A program made the translations under genes and the position numbers. Under the pieces are notes generated by a model. That model was not told the origin of the DNA. It saw only the letters and a program-made list of their open reading frames with translations, and ran no database searches. DNA of 64,000 nt from Prochlorococcus sp. AG-388-D03 (lineage in GTDB: Bacteria; Cyanobacteriota; Cyanobacteriia; PCC-6307; Cyanobiaceae). The DNA is taken from the NCBI GenBank assembly GCA_003279875.1, contig QCGN01000005.1:1781-65780 (forward strand), given 5' to 3'. This document shows, in pieces, positions 20,497 to 28,960 of this stretch; position 1 is the first letter of the stretch, and every line of letters starts with the position of its first letter.

Positions 20497-21627
20497 ATGA
20501 AATTGAGTAGTAGTAAGATCAAAAAAACAAATAAAACTGATTTAACTGTGGTTCTACCAACATTTAATGAATCACAAAATATTTCTTCATTAATAAATAA
20601 TATCCTCAAATTTAAAAAATTTTTTGACTTAAAAATTATTATCGTTGATGATGAATCTAATGATGGAACTGCTGAAATTGTTAGGAATTTATCTATTACT
20701 AATAAAAGGGTACGTTTAAATAACAGGATAGGAAGATTTGGACTTTCAAGTGCAATAAAGGAGGGTGTATTAGATTCTTCCTCAGAATATGTTGCTGTCA
20801 TGGATTCAGATGGACAACATGACCCCAATTCGTTAAAAATAGCTTTAAAGAAATTAATTGATGAAAATTTAGACTTGGTATTAGGAAGTAGATTTAATCT
20901 AAATTCTGAAATAAGAGGTTTAAGTAAAAGAAGAAAGTCGGGTTCTGAATTTGCAAATAATCTTGCTCGATATAGTCTTTCTAATAAATATTCCCACATA
21001 ACAGATTATATGACCGGTTTTTTTATATTTAGAAACGATTCTTGTAAAGATTTTATTCGCGAAATTAAAGTTGATGGATTTAAATTTTTATATGAATTTC
21101 TTGCAATTAGCAAAGGGAAATTATCAGTGGGTGAAATACCTCTTATCTTCAAACCTCGTTTAAGTGGTAAATCTAAAATCGAACTTGCAGTTTTATGGGA
21201 CTTTTTGATTTCTTTATTACATACATTTAGTTTTAGACTATTACCTCGCCGCGCTATAAGCTTCGCTTTAATAGGTTTTACTGGAATTCTGGTACAATTA
21301 TCGGTAACATATTTTTTAATGGAATTAATTGGGATTAATTTTAATAATGCAATTAGATTTTCAGTTATAATATCAGCTACCTCTAATTTTTTAATAAATA
21401 ATATTTTAACCTTTAGGGCAATTAGATTAAAGGATTGGGCTCTTTTTAGAGGTTTAATAAGATTTCTGATAGTTGCATCTTTACCATTAATAGCAAATAT
21501 TGGTATCTCAACTACTTTCTACAGAGTCGTTTCTGAAAATACATTTTGGGCTCAAATAGTTGGAATTTTAATAGTTTTTGTATGGAATTATGCAGCTTCA
21601 TCAAGATTTGTTTGGAATACACCCTAA
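20497..21627 (+). CDS. GT2 polyprenol-phosphate glycosyltransferase (DPM1/GtrB-like) fused to GtrA-like flippase domain
   Basis: PTFNE, VDDES.DGT, MDSDGQHDP, GSRF, D.MTGFF, R..GKSK; four C-terminal TMs with NF..N..LTF and WNY...RFVW. Confidence 0.9.
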   Translation: MKLSSSKIKKTNKTDLTVVLPTFNESQNISSLINNILKFKKFFDLKIIIVDDESNDGTAEIVRNLSITNKRVRLNNRIGRFGLSSAIKEGVLDSSSEYVAVMDSDGQHDPNSLKIALKKLIDENLDLVLGSRFNLNSEIRGLSKRRKSGSEFANNLARYSLSNKYSHITDYMTGFFIFRNDSCKDFIREIKVDGFKFLYEFLAISKGKLSVGEIPLIFKPRLSGKSKIELAVLWDFLISLLHTFSFRLLPRRAISFALIGFTGILVQLSVTYFLMELIGINFNNAIRFSVIISATSNFLINNILTFRAIRLKDWALFRGLIRFLIVASLPLIANIGISTTFYRVVSENTFWAQIVGILIVFVWNYAASSRFVWNTP

Positions 21628-21694
21628 AAATAGTTACAAAAAAATTTATAAAATTCAAGTAAGATTGAAGAAAAAAAGAAAACTATTATTTATT

Positions 21695-22769
21695 CTATAA
21701 ACTAATTTTTTCTCCAATACATCTACTATTATGTTTTATTGAAAATATTGAAATTATATTCGGTATTTTTTTTCTACCATTACTATATTTTTTATAAAAA
21801 TTATTATCATTTACTAATAATAAACTTTCATTACCTATTAACTTTGGTCCTTTAGTAATACCTTCCCAATTTTCTTTTAATGGAATCTTCCATTCAAAAA
21901 TTTGATCTTTGATGTCGATTTTATTTTCAGTTTCTTCTATCTTAAAACCTTTAACTATATAGTTAGAAGTAAGAGCTAATAATATATCCTTCTCTTTGGC
22001 AATATATAAATCCCTAAGCTTGCTACCTCCAATTAAAAAGGTAGAAACACCAGAAATTTCAAAATTTTTATTAATAGTTAAATATCTTGCATAAGTAAAA
22101 GCTTTTTCTTTATTTTCCTTTTTAAATATATTAAAACGAGAAAAAATTTTTAAAAAAGTACCATAATTAGGATCTTTAAAATTAATATTTGGAATATTTC
22201 CTTCATTTGCCAACAAAAATGAACCATTTTTTGAAAGAGCTAATGATTCACTTACCCAGAGCATCTTTCATAAATGCATTAGGCAATTTAATATTTTTAA
22301 TTCTCTTCCCATCTTTCAGATTATATTTCTGAAAGGTTGCTGGTTGATAAGTTCTTGCAAAAGGTTCTCTCCAAGCCCAATATTTCTTTTCATTTAAAAC
22401 AAATAAAGAATTGTCTTTTATTCTTAAACCTTCACCATCTCCTTTATTAAAGATTTTTTCCCAAAGATTATATTTGAATTTTAAAATATCTTCTTTTTTA
22501 AGAAGAATTCTTGAATCTTTGGATTTAATAATACTTGAAAAAGAATTTAACCTTACTACATAACCTTTTGGAGAATCACTCAATAAAAAAAGTTGATCAG
22601 TTTTATTTATATACTCAATAGCGGATAAATTATCCAGATAAAAATCACCCTTTTTGGAATCTAATTCTATAGTTTTAACGAGTTCTAAATTTGCATTATT
22701 CCAACAGTAATTTTCATTTATATTGCTATTCAAATATTCCATTACAAGACTTTTAATTCTCAATAACAT
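21695..22769 (-). pseudogene. Esterase-like/phytase-like beta-propeller protein split by a 1-nt frameshift
   Basis: LSAI, LLSD, D.EGL in the 5' ORF; ESLA, N.EGI..GP, LLLVNDNNF in the 3' ORF. Removing one base at 22252-22253 gives KDALGSESLALS. Confidence 0.7.
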
Positions 22770-22878
22770 TTGATAATAACAATAACTAAATAATATTAAT
22801 TGTTAAAATTAATACTAATTAAATGTAATTAATTTGAATTAGTAATCAGAATTAATCGTATTCTTCGTAATTAATAAC

Positions 22879-23421
22879 TCAAACTCTTTTCAATAAACGA
22901 TAAACACTTGTTCTGTCTATTATTAGTTGTCTTGCTATGGCAGTAGCACCCATTACTTCTTCCTTGAGTTTCTTTACCTGTTCTCCATCTATCTTTGCTT
23001 TACCCCCCGTATAGACACCCTTTTCCATTGCATTTGCAATACATTCGATTTGCCTTTCCTTTCGTAGATTAGTTTCTAACTCTGCGAATACACCAAACAT
23101 ATCCAGAAAGCATTTACTTGTAGCATCTTTCGCAGAGATTGGTTGTTCTGTTGCTGTGAGTGATACTCCTTTATCAGTTAATTCTTTAATAATGAGTTGA
23201 AGGTCTAATACACTTCTTGCTAATCGGTCAATTTTGGTAAAAACAAGTACATCTCCTTCTCTTACAAACTCAAGACATTCTTTTAACTTAACTCTTCCTT
23301 GAGTTGATGTTCCAGATACCTTCTCTTCAAATATCTTTTAATATTTAACTTCTTAACAGCATCCCTTTTAACTTCTAATGACTAGGGAAGTGCTTGAAAC
23401 CCTTAAATATGCTAATTTCAT
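22879..23421 (-). pseudogene. Small serine recombinase (resolvase/invertase) with HTH, frameshifted
   Basis: MKLAYLRVSS / EEKVSG / REGDVLVFTKIDRLARS / FAELE..L.KERQ / IARQL.IDRTSVYR; two frame disruptions near the 5' end. Confidence 0.88.
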
Positions 23422-23484
23422 TGTTAAAGTGTGGTATCTGGCAAGAAATAACCAATAAACAACACCCTTTTGTACTATTATAAG

Positions 23485-23500
23485 TAGTACATTTGTATTA
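23485..23500. promoter_or_regulatory. Putative LexA (SOS) box
   Basis: TAGTACA-TT-TGTATTA, one mismatch to the picocyanobacterial TAGTACA-N2-TGTACTA motif; extra TGTACTA half-site at 23471. Confidence 0.65.
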
Positions 23501-23506
23501 TTTTTC

Positions 23507-23752
23507 ATGATTGAAGAGGAGGAATGGGGGTATCTCAATGACTGGGAGGAAGATCAACTAAGAAAGAAGAGAACAAAGATCTGTATGTGCTGCGATCACT
23601 TTAGATATGCCTGTACTGTCCAATGCGTTACCTTGTTGACTTGTCCAGTCCACCAGAAACTAATACCGCAGGGAGATCATCTTATAAAAGGATGCAAATA
23701 CTGGGTCAAGAGAAGAGAACTAAGAGAAGGATGGTGTCCAGAAGTTGCATAG
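23507..23752 (+). CDS. Small Cys/His-rich hypothetical protein (possible metal binding)
   Basis: CMCCDHF..C...C..LLTC..HQ.LIPQG.H...C..W; 81 aa with higher GC than its flanks. Confidence 0.75.
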   Translation: MIEEEEWGYLNDWEEDQLRKKRTKICMCCDHFRYACTVQCVTLLTCPVHQKLIPQGDHLIKGCKYWVKRRELREGWCPEVA

Positions 23753-23833
23753 CATCAGGTGGATGCTAACCTTCATGTTCGCCTAAGCACACTTCATTGA
23801 TATGACTAGGTTTTTATGATGCCCTTTAGATCA

Positions 23834-24005
23834 ATAACCCCATCAAAATAACCTGTACCACATTAAAATTTCTTGTACCCCATTAGAAGAGGGTGTCATA
23901 TGAACTATCTCGCAAATAACTGAAGTCGGACTGGTATTTTTATGTACTCCATGGGGTTATTTGTACACCATCTAAAAATAATTTTTACCCATATTTGTAC
24001 TACAT
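23834..24005. repeat. Cluster of TGTACNMCAT direct repeats
   Basis: Copies at 23854, 23874, 23943, 23962 and 23996; degenerate ATAACCCCAT at 23834, with its inverse at 23951. Confidence 0.75.
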
Positions 24006-24140
24006 ATTTCTCTAGATATACCCTACATTTCAAAATCAAGAAGTTATCTTATCATAAGTCTTTTTCTCAACTATCCTGCGATTGCAGTCTATTAGGAGGT
24101 CTTATTACACTATAAGTGAGCAGCCAAATTAAGTATTTTA

Positions 24141-24225
24141 CGGAGAGGGTGGGATTCGAACCCACGAACAGTTTCCTGTTAAACGATTTCGAGTCGTTCG
24201 CTTTCGACCACTCAGCCACCTCTCC
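24141..24225 (-). tRNA. trnS: tRNA-Ser(CGA)
   Basis: GGAGAGGTGGCTGAGTGGTCGAAAGC...AACGA-CTCGAAA-TCGTT anticodon arm, long variable arm, GTTCGAATCCC T arm. Confidence 0.97.
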
Positions 24226-24236
24226 GCATATAAATA

Positions 24237-24280
24237 ATATAGAAAAAATATAGAAATGATATAGAAATGATATAGAAATA
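24237..24280. repeat. 11-bp tandem repeat (ATATAGAAAtg) x4
   Basis: Units start at 24237, 24248, 24259 and 24270. Confidence 0.8.
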
Positions 24281-24293
24281 TTTTTCTTACTAT

Positions 24294-25316
24294 TTAATCC
24301 CAACCAGCTTCCTTCATCATTCTAATCGCAACTGAATTATTATTTCCAAGGTCCTCTACACTAACTTTATCTGGAGTGAATTCTCCAAAGTTTTTAACAA
24401 TCTCGTTTTGATTAACCTCTTTTAATGGGTGTTCGAAAGTAGGAGCGGCTAAACCTTTGCTTCCTTCAGGAGAAGCTAGAAACTCAAGAAGTTTAATAGC
24501 TTCAGCTTTATTTGTGGCATATTTAGCAACTCCTCCCGCACTTATGTTTACATGTGCCGGATCAGGAGTAATAACAGATGTTTTCCTAGCGTACAGTGTA
24601 TCCCTTCTTCCATTGACACCTGCAAGCATTCTTGCGACGTAGTAATGGTTAACTATCCCAACTCCACATTTTTTTTTCGAAACAGCTCTAACTATTGAAA
24701 TATCTCCAGGGAAAAATGGTTGAGAAACATTAGAAATCATCCCGTTTAACCAAGTTTTAGTGGCTTCTTGCCCCTTATTAACAATTTGGTTCGCCACTAA
24801 AGATTGATTATAGGGACTCTTTCTATTTCTTAAACAAACTTTTCCTTTTAAGGCGGGATCTGCTAGATCTGTATAATCTTTAATTTTACTTACATCTACA
24901 ATTTTTGGATTAGCAACCATAACTCTGACTCTTCTTGTCAATGCATACCATTCTTTCCCAGGATCTTTTAATCCAGTAGGAACGTCATTTTCTAGATTGG
25001 ATGATTCAATTTTTTGAAGCAAATCTGCATTAGCCGCAGTAGTTATCCTTGCCGCATCAACAAGTAGAATTAAATCAGCCTGAGAATTTTTCCCTTCTCT
25101 TTTTAATCTCTCTATAAGAGATATTCCTGCAGCTTCAATAAGCCGAACTTTAATACCAGTTTCATCTGCAAATTTTTTATAAACACTCCTATCAGTATTG
25201 TAATGCCTACCTGAATAAACCTTAACTTCTCTTTCTGTGGAATTAGCAGGAGTAATAAAATTAAAAATAAATGTAAAGGTTAAAGCTGAGTAGAGTAATT
25301 TCTTAATTTTTTGCAT
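24294..25316 (-). CDS. idiA: Fe(III) ABC transporter substrate-binding protein IdiA/FutA
   Basis: VYSGRHY, YNQSL, NHYY iron ligands, HVNISAGG. Confidence 0.95.
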   Translation of the reverse strand: MQKIKKLLYSALTFTFIFNFITPANSTEREVKVYSGRHYNTDRSVYKKFADETGIKVRLIEAAGISLIERLKREGKNSQADLILLVDAARITTAANADLLQKIESSNLENDVPTGLKDPGKEWYALTRRVRVMVANPKIVDVSKIKDYTDLADPALKGKVCLRNRKSPYNQSLVANQIVNKGQEATKTWLNGMISNVSQPFFPGDISIVRAVSKKKCGVGIVNHYYVARMLAGVNGRRDTLYARKTSVITPDPAHVNISAGGVAKYATNKAEAIKLLEFLASPEGSKGLAAPTFEHPLKEVNQNEIVKNFGEFTPDKVSVEDLGNNNSVAIRMMKEAGWD

Positions 25317-25418
25317 TTTTTATAAATAGTATCTATGGTTACTTTATATAGATTAAAAGCACAAGAATCCTAAAAGATATTTTCTTTACATCATCTTGTA
25401 TCATTTTTTATAGTCAAA

Positions 25419-26084
25419 ATGAATTATTTAACTTGTAACCTACTAAATGAAGAAGATTTAGAGATATTAAAATATGATTTAAATAAGCATAATGAACTTT
25501 GGGAAAATGGCAAAAAGACTGCTGGAAGTCATGCATCAAAAGTTAAAGATAATTTGCAATTAAATAGAAATTCTGAAATATCAAAGAAATATTCTCAAAT
25601 AATCAGAAAAAAGATAATCACTAACCCACTAATTAAAAGCTTTGCATTACCAAAAATAATTCATGGAATAATGTTCACAAAGTCATTAAGAAATATGCAT
25701 TATGGAAGACATATTGACAATCCTTTCATGTCTTCAGGAAGGTCGGATTTATCTTTTACAATTTCTTTAACTAATAAAGCCGATTATCAGGGAGGTGAGT
25801 TAGTAATCGAAACATTAAATTCAGAAAAAGAGTTAAAGCTAGATGCTGGCGAGATAATAATTTATCCAAGTACATACTTGCATTCAGTAAAAGAAGTTAA
25901 AAATGGGGAAAGATTAGTATGCGTTGGATGGATTGAAAGTTATGTAAAATCCATTGAGGAAAGAGAATATTTATTTGACCTTGATGCAGGAGCAAAAGGA
26001 TTACTAGCAAAATATGGGAGATCGGATGAGCTTGACAATATTTTTAAATCATATTCAAACCTACTCAGATTACTAGGAAACTAA
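25419..26084 (+). CDS. piuC: PKHD-type Fe(II)/2OG dioxygenase (PiuC/YbiX)
   Basis: G..TAG..A..VK.N.Q, YGRHIDN, RSDLSFT, YPSTYLHSV, W.ES motifs. Confidence 0.9.
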   Translation: MNYLTCNLLNEEDLEILKYDLNKHNELWENGKKTAGSHASKVKDNLQLNRNSEISKKYSQIIRKKIITNPLIKSFALPKIIHGIMFTKSLRNMHYGRHIDNPFMSSGRSDLSFTISLTNKADYQGGELVIETLNSEKELKLDAGEIIIYPSTYLHSVKEVKNGERLVCVGWIESYVKSIEEREYLFDLDAGAKGLLAKYGRSDELDNIFKSYSNLLRLLGN

Positions 26085-26157
26085 AGAAACATTTTATACA
26101 CAACATAGATAAAAGTTCTTCAAATATTTACAATATAATTAGTAATTTTATTCTTAA

Positions 26158-26397
26158 ATGCCAAAAAGAAGTTCAATAGCATTATTCCTAGCAGCAACAA
26201 GTTTATTAGCTATTACTACTGCAGATTCTAATACTGTTAAAGCAGAAGAAAACAATTTAGGAGGGTTAAAAGAATGGAACACTGATATGAGTATTAATGA
26301 TGATTTTATATTAGATGAAGAAGCTCAAAAAATAGCAGACGAAGCTGAAAAATCTAGCATGTGTATTCCTATTGGGGAAGGAGAAAATTGTTGGTAA
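26158..26397 (+). CDS. Small secreted acidic hypothetical protein
   Basis: Signal peptide ending VKA; C-terminal CIPIGEGENCW. Confidence 0.7.
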   Translation: MPKRSSIALFLAATSLLAITTADSNTVKAEENNLGGLKEWNTDMSINDDFILDEEAQKIADEAEKSSMCIPIGEGENCW

Positions 26398-26415
26398 ACA
26401 TAAAAAACTTTAAAT

Positions 26416-26527
26416 AAAAAAACCACTAAATAAAGTGGTTTAAGAAATTAAAAAACAAAACAAAAAAAACCGCTAATTAAAGCGGTTTAAGAAATTACAA
26501 AACACCTTTAAAGGTGTTTTGTAATTT
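26416..26527. terminator. Three stacked hairpins (two duplicated terminators plus a perfect 36-bp palindrome)
   Basis: AAACCACT..AGTGGTTT, AAACCGCT..AGCGGTTT, and AAATTACAAAACACCTTT-AAAGGTGTTTTGTAATTT at 26492-26527. Confidence 0.8.
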
Positions 26528-26531
26528 TAAG

Positions 26532-27815
26532 TTAGAACTTAAAAGTTGTTTCAAGAACAGCACCTAAATGGTCTCTGCCCTGTCTACCGTTACTTCCAGC
26601 CCTATCAGATCCTCCAAATATTGCAGGTGTAACATTAACAGAATCATTAAGCTGATAAGAGTAATAAGCTTCCCAAGCTATAGGATCAACTGTTGTTTCA
26701 TCCTCTCTTGTTTGAGGCTGACCAAAAGCAATTCCAAGTCTATCGTCAGGGTTAAAGGCATCTTCCCATGTTAAACCGACGAAGTAAGCAGTAGTATTGG
26801 AAGCTCCTGCAGCACCATCAACTTCAGAGGTATCATATCCTAAAGATATTGAAGGAGTTGCCTTACCAGAGTCTTCAGGTCTCCACCAACCTCTCAAACC
26901 AATATTTGTACTATTACCATCACCTGGTCTTAATTTTCCTAATGGTGTTGTGTAATAGGAGTCAGTCCAGCCGTTATATTTCATGTTAAGTATTACTGAA
27001 GCTGAGTAATTAGGTTTTGTATAACCAACTTGAGTAGCCCAACTAGTATCGGATTCGTCAGTTCCCCAACCTAAAGTCGAATCTCCTTCTTTACTTACAA
27101 CGTTTGAACTAACAGCGAAACCATTATCAGCCTTGTATGCCCAACCGAATCCAGGGTTAGTACTTGCACCGTAAGCAGCGCCATTTCCACCTAATGTAAA
27201 TTGCTTAGTAATAGGTTTATAAATGGATGGAGTAGTACCATGCATATAGTAGTTCTCAATTTTTGGACCAATCCAAACTGTGTGTCTTTCACCTACAGGG
27301 AATGTATACCAAATTTTGTCAACTTTTATATCATCATTATTACCTTTAGATGAAGATAAATAAGTTCCATATGTATAACCTGTTTGCCAACCACCTGCAT
27401 TACCGGTTTTCAGCCTAACGTAAAGGTTATCATCACCTGTAAAGCTTGTATTAAGGTTACCTTGCCACATGTATGTAGCCTTAGTAGCTTCACTAATACC
27501 AGCTTCTTCTACAGTCACAGCGCCAATAGTAAAGATTACTTTACCGTCAAGCGTTGTAGTTTCTGAGAAAGAACCAGCCTCAAAGTCATTTTGAATAGCT
27601 TCAATACCGTCAACACGTCCTTTAAGTGTTGCAAGTTCTTCGTTAACTTCATTAACGAATGTATTACTGTCAAAGTATCTTTTAGAAGATGATTTTTTAC
27701 TACTTCTGTAGTCATTCATCCCTTCAAGATTTAATACGTCAGAAGCTTGTGCTGCTATAGGTGCTATTAAACATATAGATGCAGAAGCCACCAACATCTG
27801 TTGGAAAAGTTTCAT
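26532..27815 (-). CDS. som: Cyanobacterial outer-membrane porin (Som/OprB-like)
   Basis: MKLFQQ.L signal, ELATLKGRVDG, FS.TT.L.G, LNTSFTG.D.L, terminal ETTFKF. Confidence 0.92.
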   Translation of the reverse strand: MKLFQQMLVASASICLIAPIAAQASDVLNLEGMNDYRSSKKSSSKRYFDSNTFVNEVNEELATLKGRVDGIEAIQNDFEAGSFSETTTLDGKVIFTIGAVTVEEAGISEATKATYMWQGNLNTSFTGDDNLYVRLKTGNAGGWQTGYTYGTYLSSSKGNNDDIKVDKIWYTFPVGERHTVWIGPKIENYYMHGTTPSIYKPITKQFTLGGNGAAYGASTNPGFGWAYKADNGFAVSSNVVSKEGDSTLGWGTDESDTSWATQVGYTKPNYSASVILNMKYNGWTDSYYTTPLGKLRPGDGNSTNIGLRGWWRPEDSGKATPSISLGYDTSEVDGAAGASNTTAYFVGLTWEDAFNPDDRLGIAFGQPQTREDETTVDPIAWEAYYSYQLNDSVNVTPAIFGGSDRAGSNGRQGRDHLGAVLETTFKF

Positions 27816-27819
27816 TTTA

Positions 27820-27827
27820 CCTCACAC
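27820..27827 (-). promoter_or_regulatory. Porin RBS GTGTGAGG, complementary to the Yfr1 sRNA seed
   Basis: Plus strand reads CCTCACAC just upstream of the start codon; Yfr1 carries ACTCCTCACAC. Confidence 0.6.
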
Positions 27828-27904
27828 GAAAATGCCCAGTAAATGGGTAAACTTATTGTATCAAGGGTAACTTTTTAACAAAGGTTTATTAGATTCACTC
27901 CTAA

Positions 27905-27918
27905 GTATCATATGATAC
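27905..27918. promoter_or_regulatory. NtcA-like site upstream of the porin
   Basis: Perfect palindrome GTATCATATGATAC, matching GTA-N8-TAC. Confidence 0.45.
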
Positions 27919-27942
27919 GTAACTTTTTCTCGTTTTAATTTT

Positions 27943-28812
27943 TTATTTTTTCAATAAAGGAAAGTTCAAAGACTCTCTTTCAAGTATCCATGAAGATGCT
28001 ACTTCTCTGGCTAATTTTCGAATCTTTTCTATGTATTGTGCACGATCCGTAACTGAAATTACTCCTCTTGCATCAAGCAAATTAAAACAATGACTACATT
28101 TTAAAACAAAATCGAGAGCAGGGAAGGTGAGTTTTTTATCAAGCAGACACATGGCTTCATCTTGATATATAGCAAATAATTTCCTCATGTTTTCAGGATT
28201 TGATTCTCTGAAATTAAATTCACATTGGTTTTTTTCAAATTGAAGCCATATATCGCTGTAACTGTAATCTTTATTCCAATCTAAATCCCAAATACTTTCT
28301 TTATCTTGCAAAAACGTAGCAATTCTCTCTATCCCGTAAGTTATCTCAATAGGAATTGGTTTACAGTCAACTCCTCCACATTGTTGAAAATAAGTAAATT
28401 GTGTTACCTCCATTCCATCCAACCAAACTTCCCAGCCCACTCCCCATGCACCAAGAGTAGGCGACTCCCAATTATCTTCTACAAATCTTATGTCATGTTC
28501 TTTAGGATTAATTCCTAAAAACTCTAAAGAAGATAAATATTTCTCTTGAATTCCTTCAGGAGATGGTTTGATAATTACTTGATATTGAAAATAATGTTGA
28601 GCCCTATTTGGGTTATCCCCAAATCTTCCATCAGTAGGTCTTCTACATGGTTCAGCATAAGCAACACTCCATGGTTCTGGTCCAATGGCCCTCAAAAAAG
28701 TATGAGGATTCATTGTGCCAGCCCCTTTTTCCGTATCGTAAGGCTGCATAATCAAACAACCTTCTTTGGACCAAAAATTATTAAGATTTTGAATTATATC
28801 CTGAAAAAACAT
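27943..28812 (-). CDS. glyQ: Glycine--tRNA ligase alpha subunit
   Basis: [32 protein letters not shown] motifs. Confidence 0.98.
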   Translation of the reverse strand: MFFQDIIQNLNNFWSKEGCLIMQPYDTEKGAGTMNPHTFLRAIGPEPWSVAYAEPCRRPTDGRFGDNPNRAQHYFQYQVIIKPSPEGIQEKYLSSLEFLGINPKEHDIRFVEDNWESPTLGAWGVGWEVWLDGMEVTQFTYFQQCGGVDCKPIPIEITYGIERIATFLQDKESIWDLDWNKDYSYSDIWLQFEKNQCEFNFRESNPENMRKLFAIYQDEAMCLLDKKLTFPALDFVLKCSHCFNLLDARGVISVTDRAQYIEKIRKLAREVASSWILERESLNFPLLKK

Positions 28813-28960
28813 CAAATTTTAAAAAGTGGAGAAATTTAGATCAATACCATTAAATATAATAACAAAGCTTAAAAATATAAAATATTTTCAACTCTAAATT
28901 CTGAAAAGCATTATCTGATAAAAAGCCATCATAAAATTAAATCCTTAATAAACGCATAAA

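Larger units (their letters stand above)
8399..24140. mobile_element. Genomic island at the 3' end of tRNA-Ser(CGA), possibly a decayed tycheposon-like element; left boundary approximate
   Basis: Interrupts core gene order, is visibly AT-richer, contains pseudogenes and a serine recombinase remnant, and abuts the tRNA 3' end. Confidence 0.7.

Noticed and set aside
20454-20999. 181-aa antisense ORF
   Set aside because: Antisense shadow of the GT2 gene.
23834-24005. Repeat cluster as a mini-CRISPR array
   Set aside because: Units are 10 bp with ~10-bp spacers and no cas genes are present.
24067-24303. 78-aa minus-strand ORF
   Set aside because: It overlaps tRNA-Ser and the tandem repeat, so it is spurious.
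25317-25418. Fur box between idiA and piuC
   Set aside because: AT-rich, but no clear GATAATGATAATCATTATC-like match.
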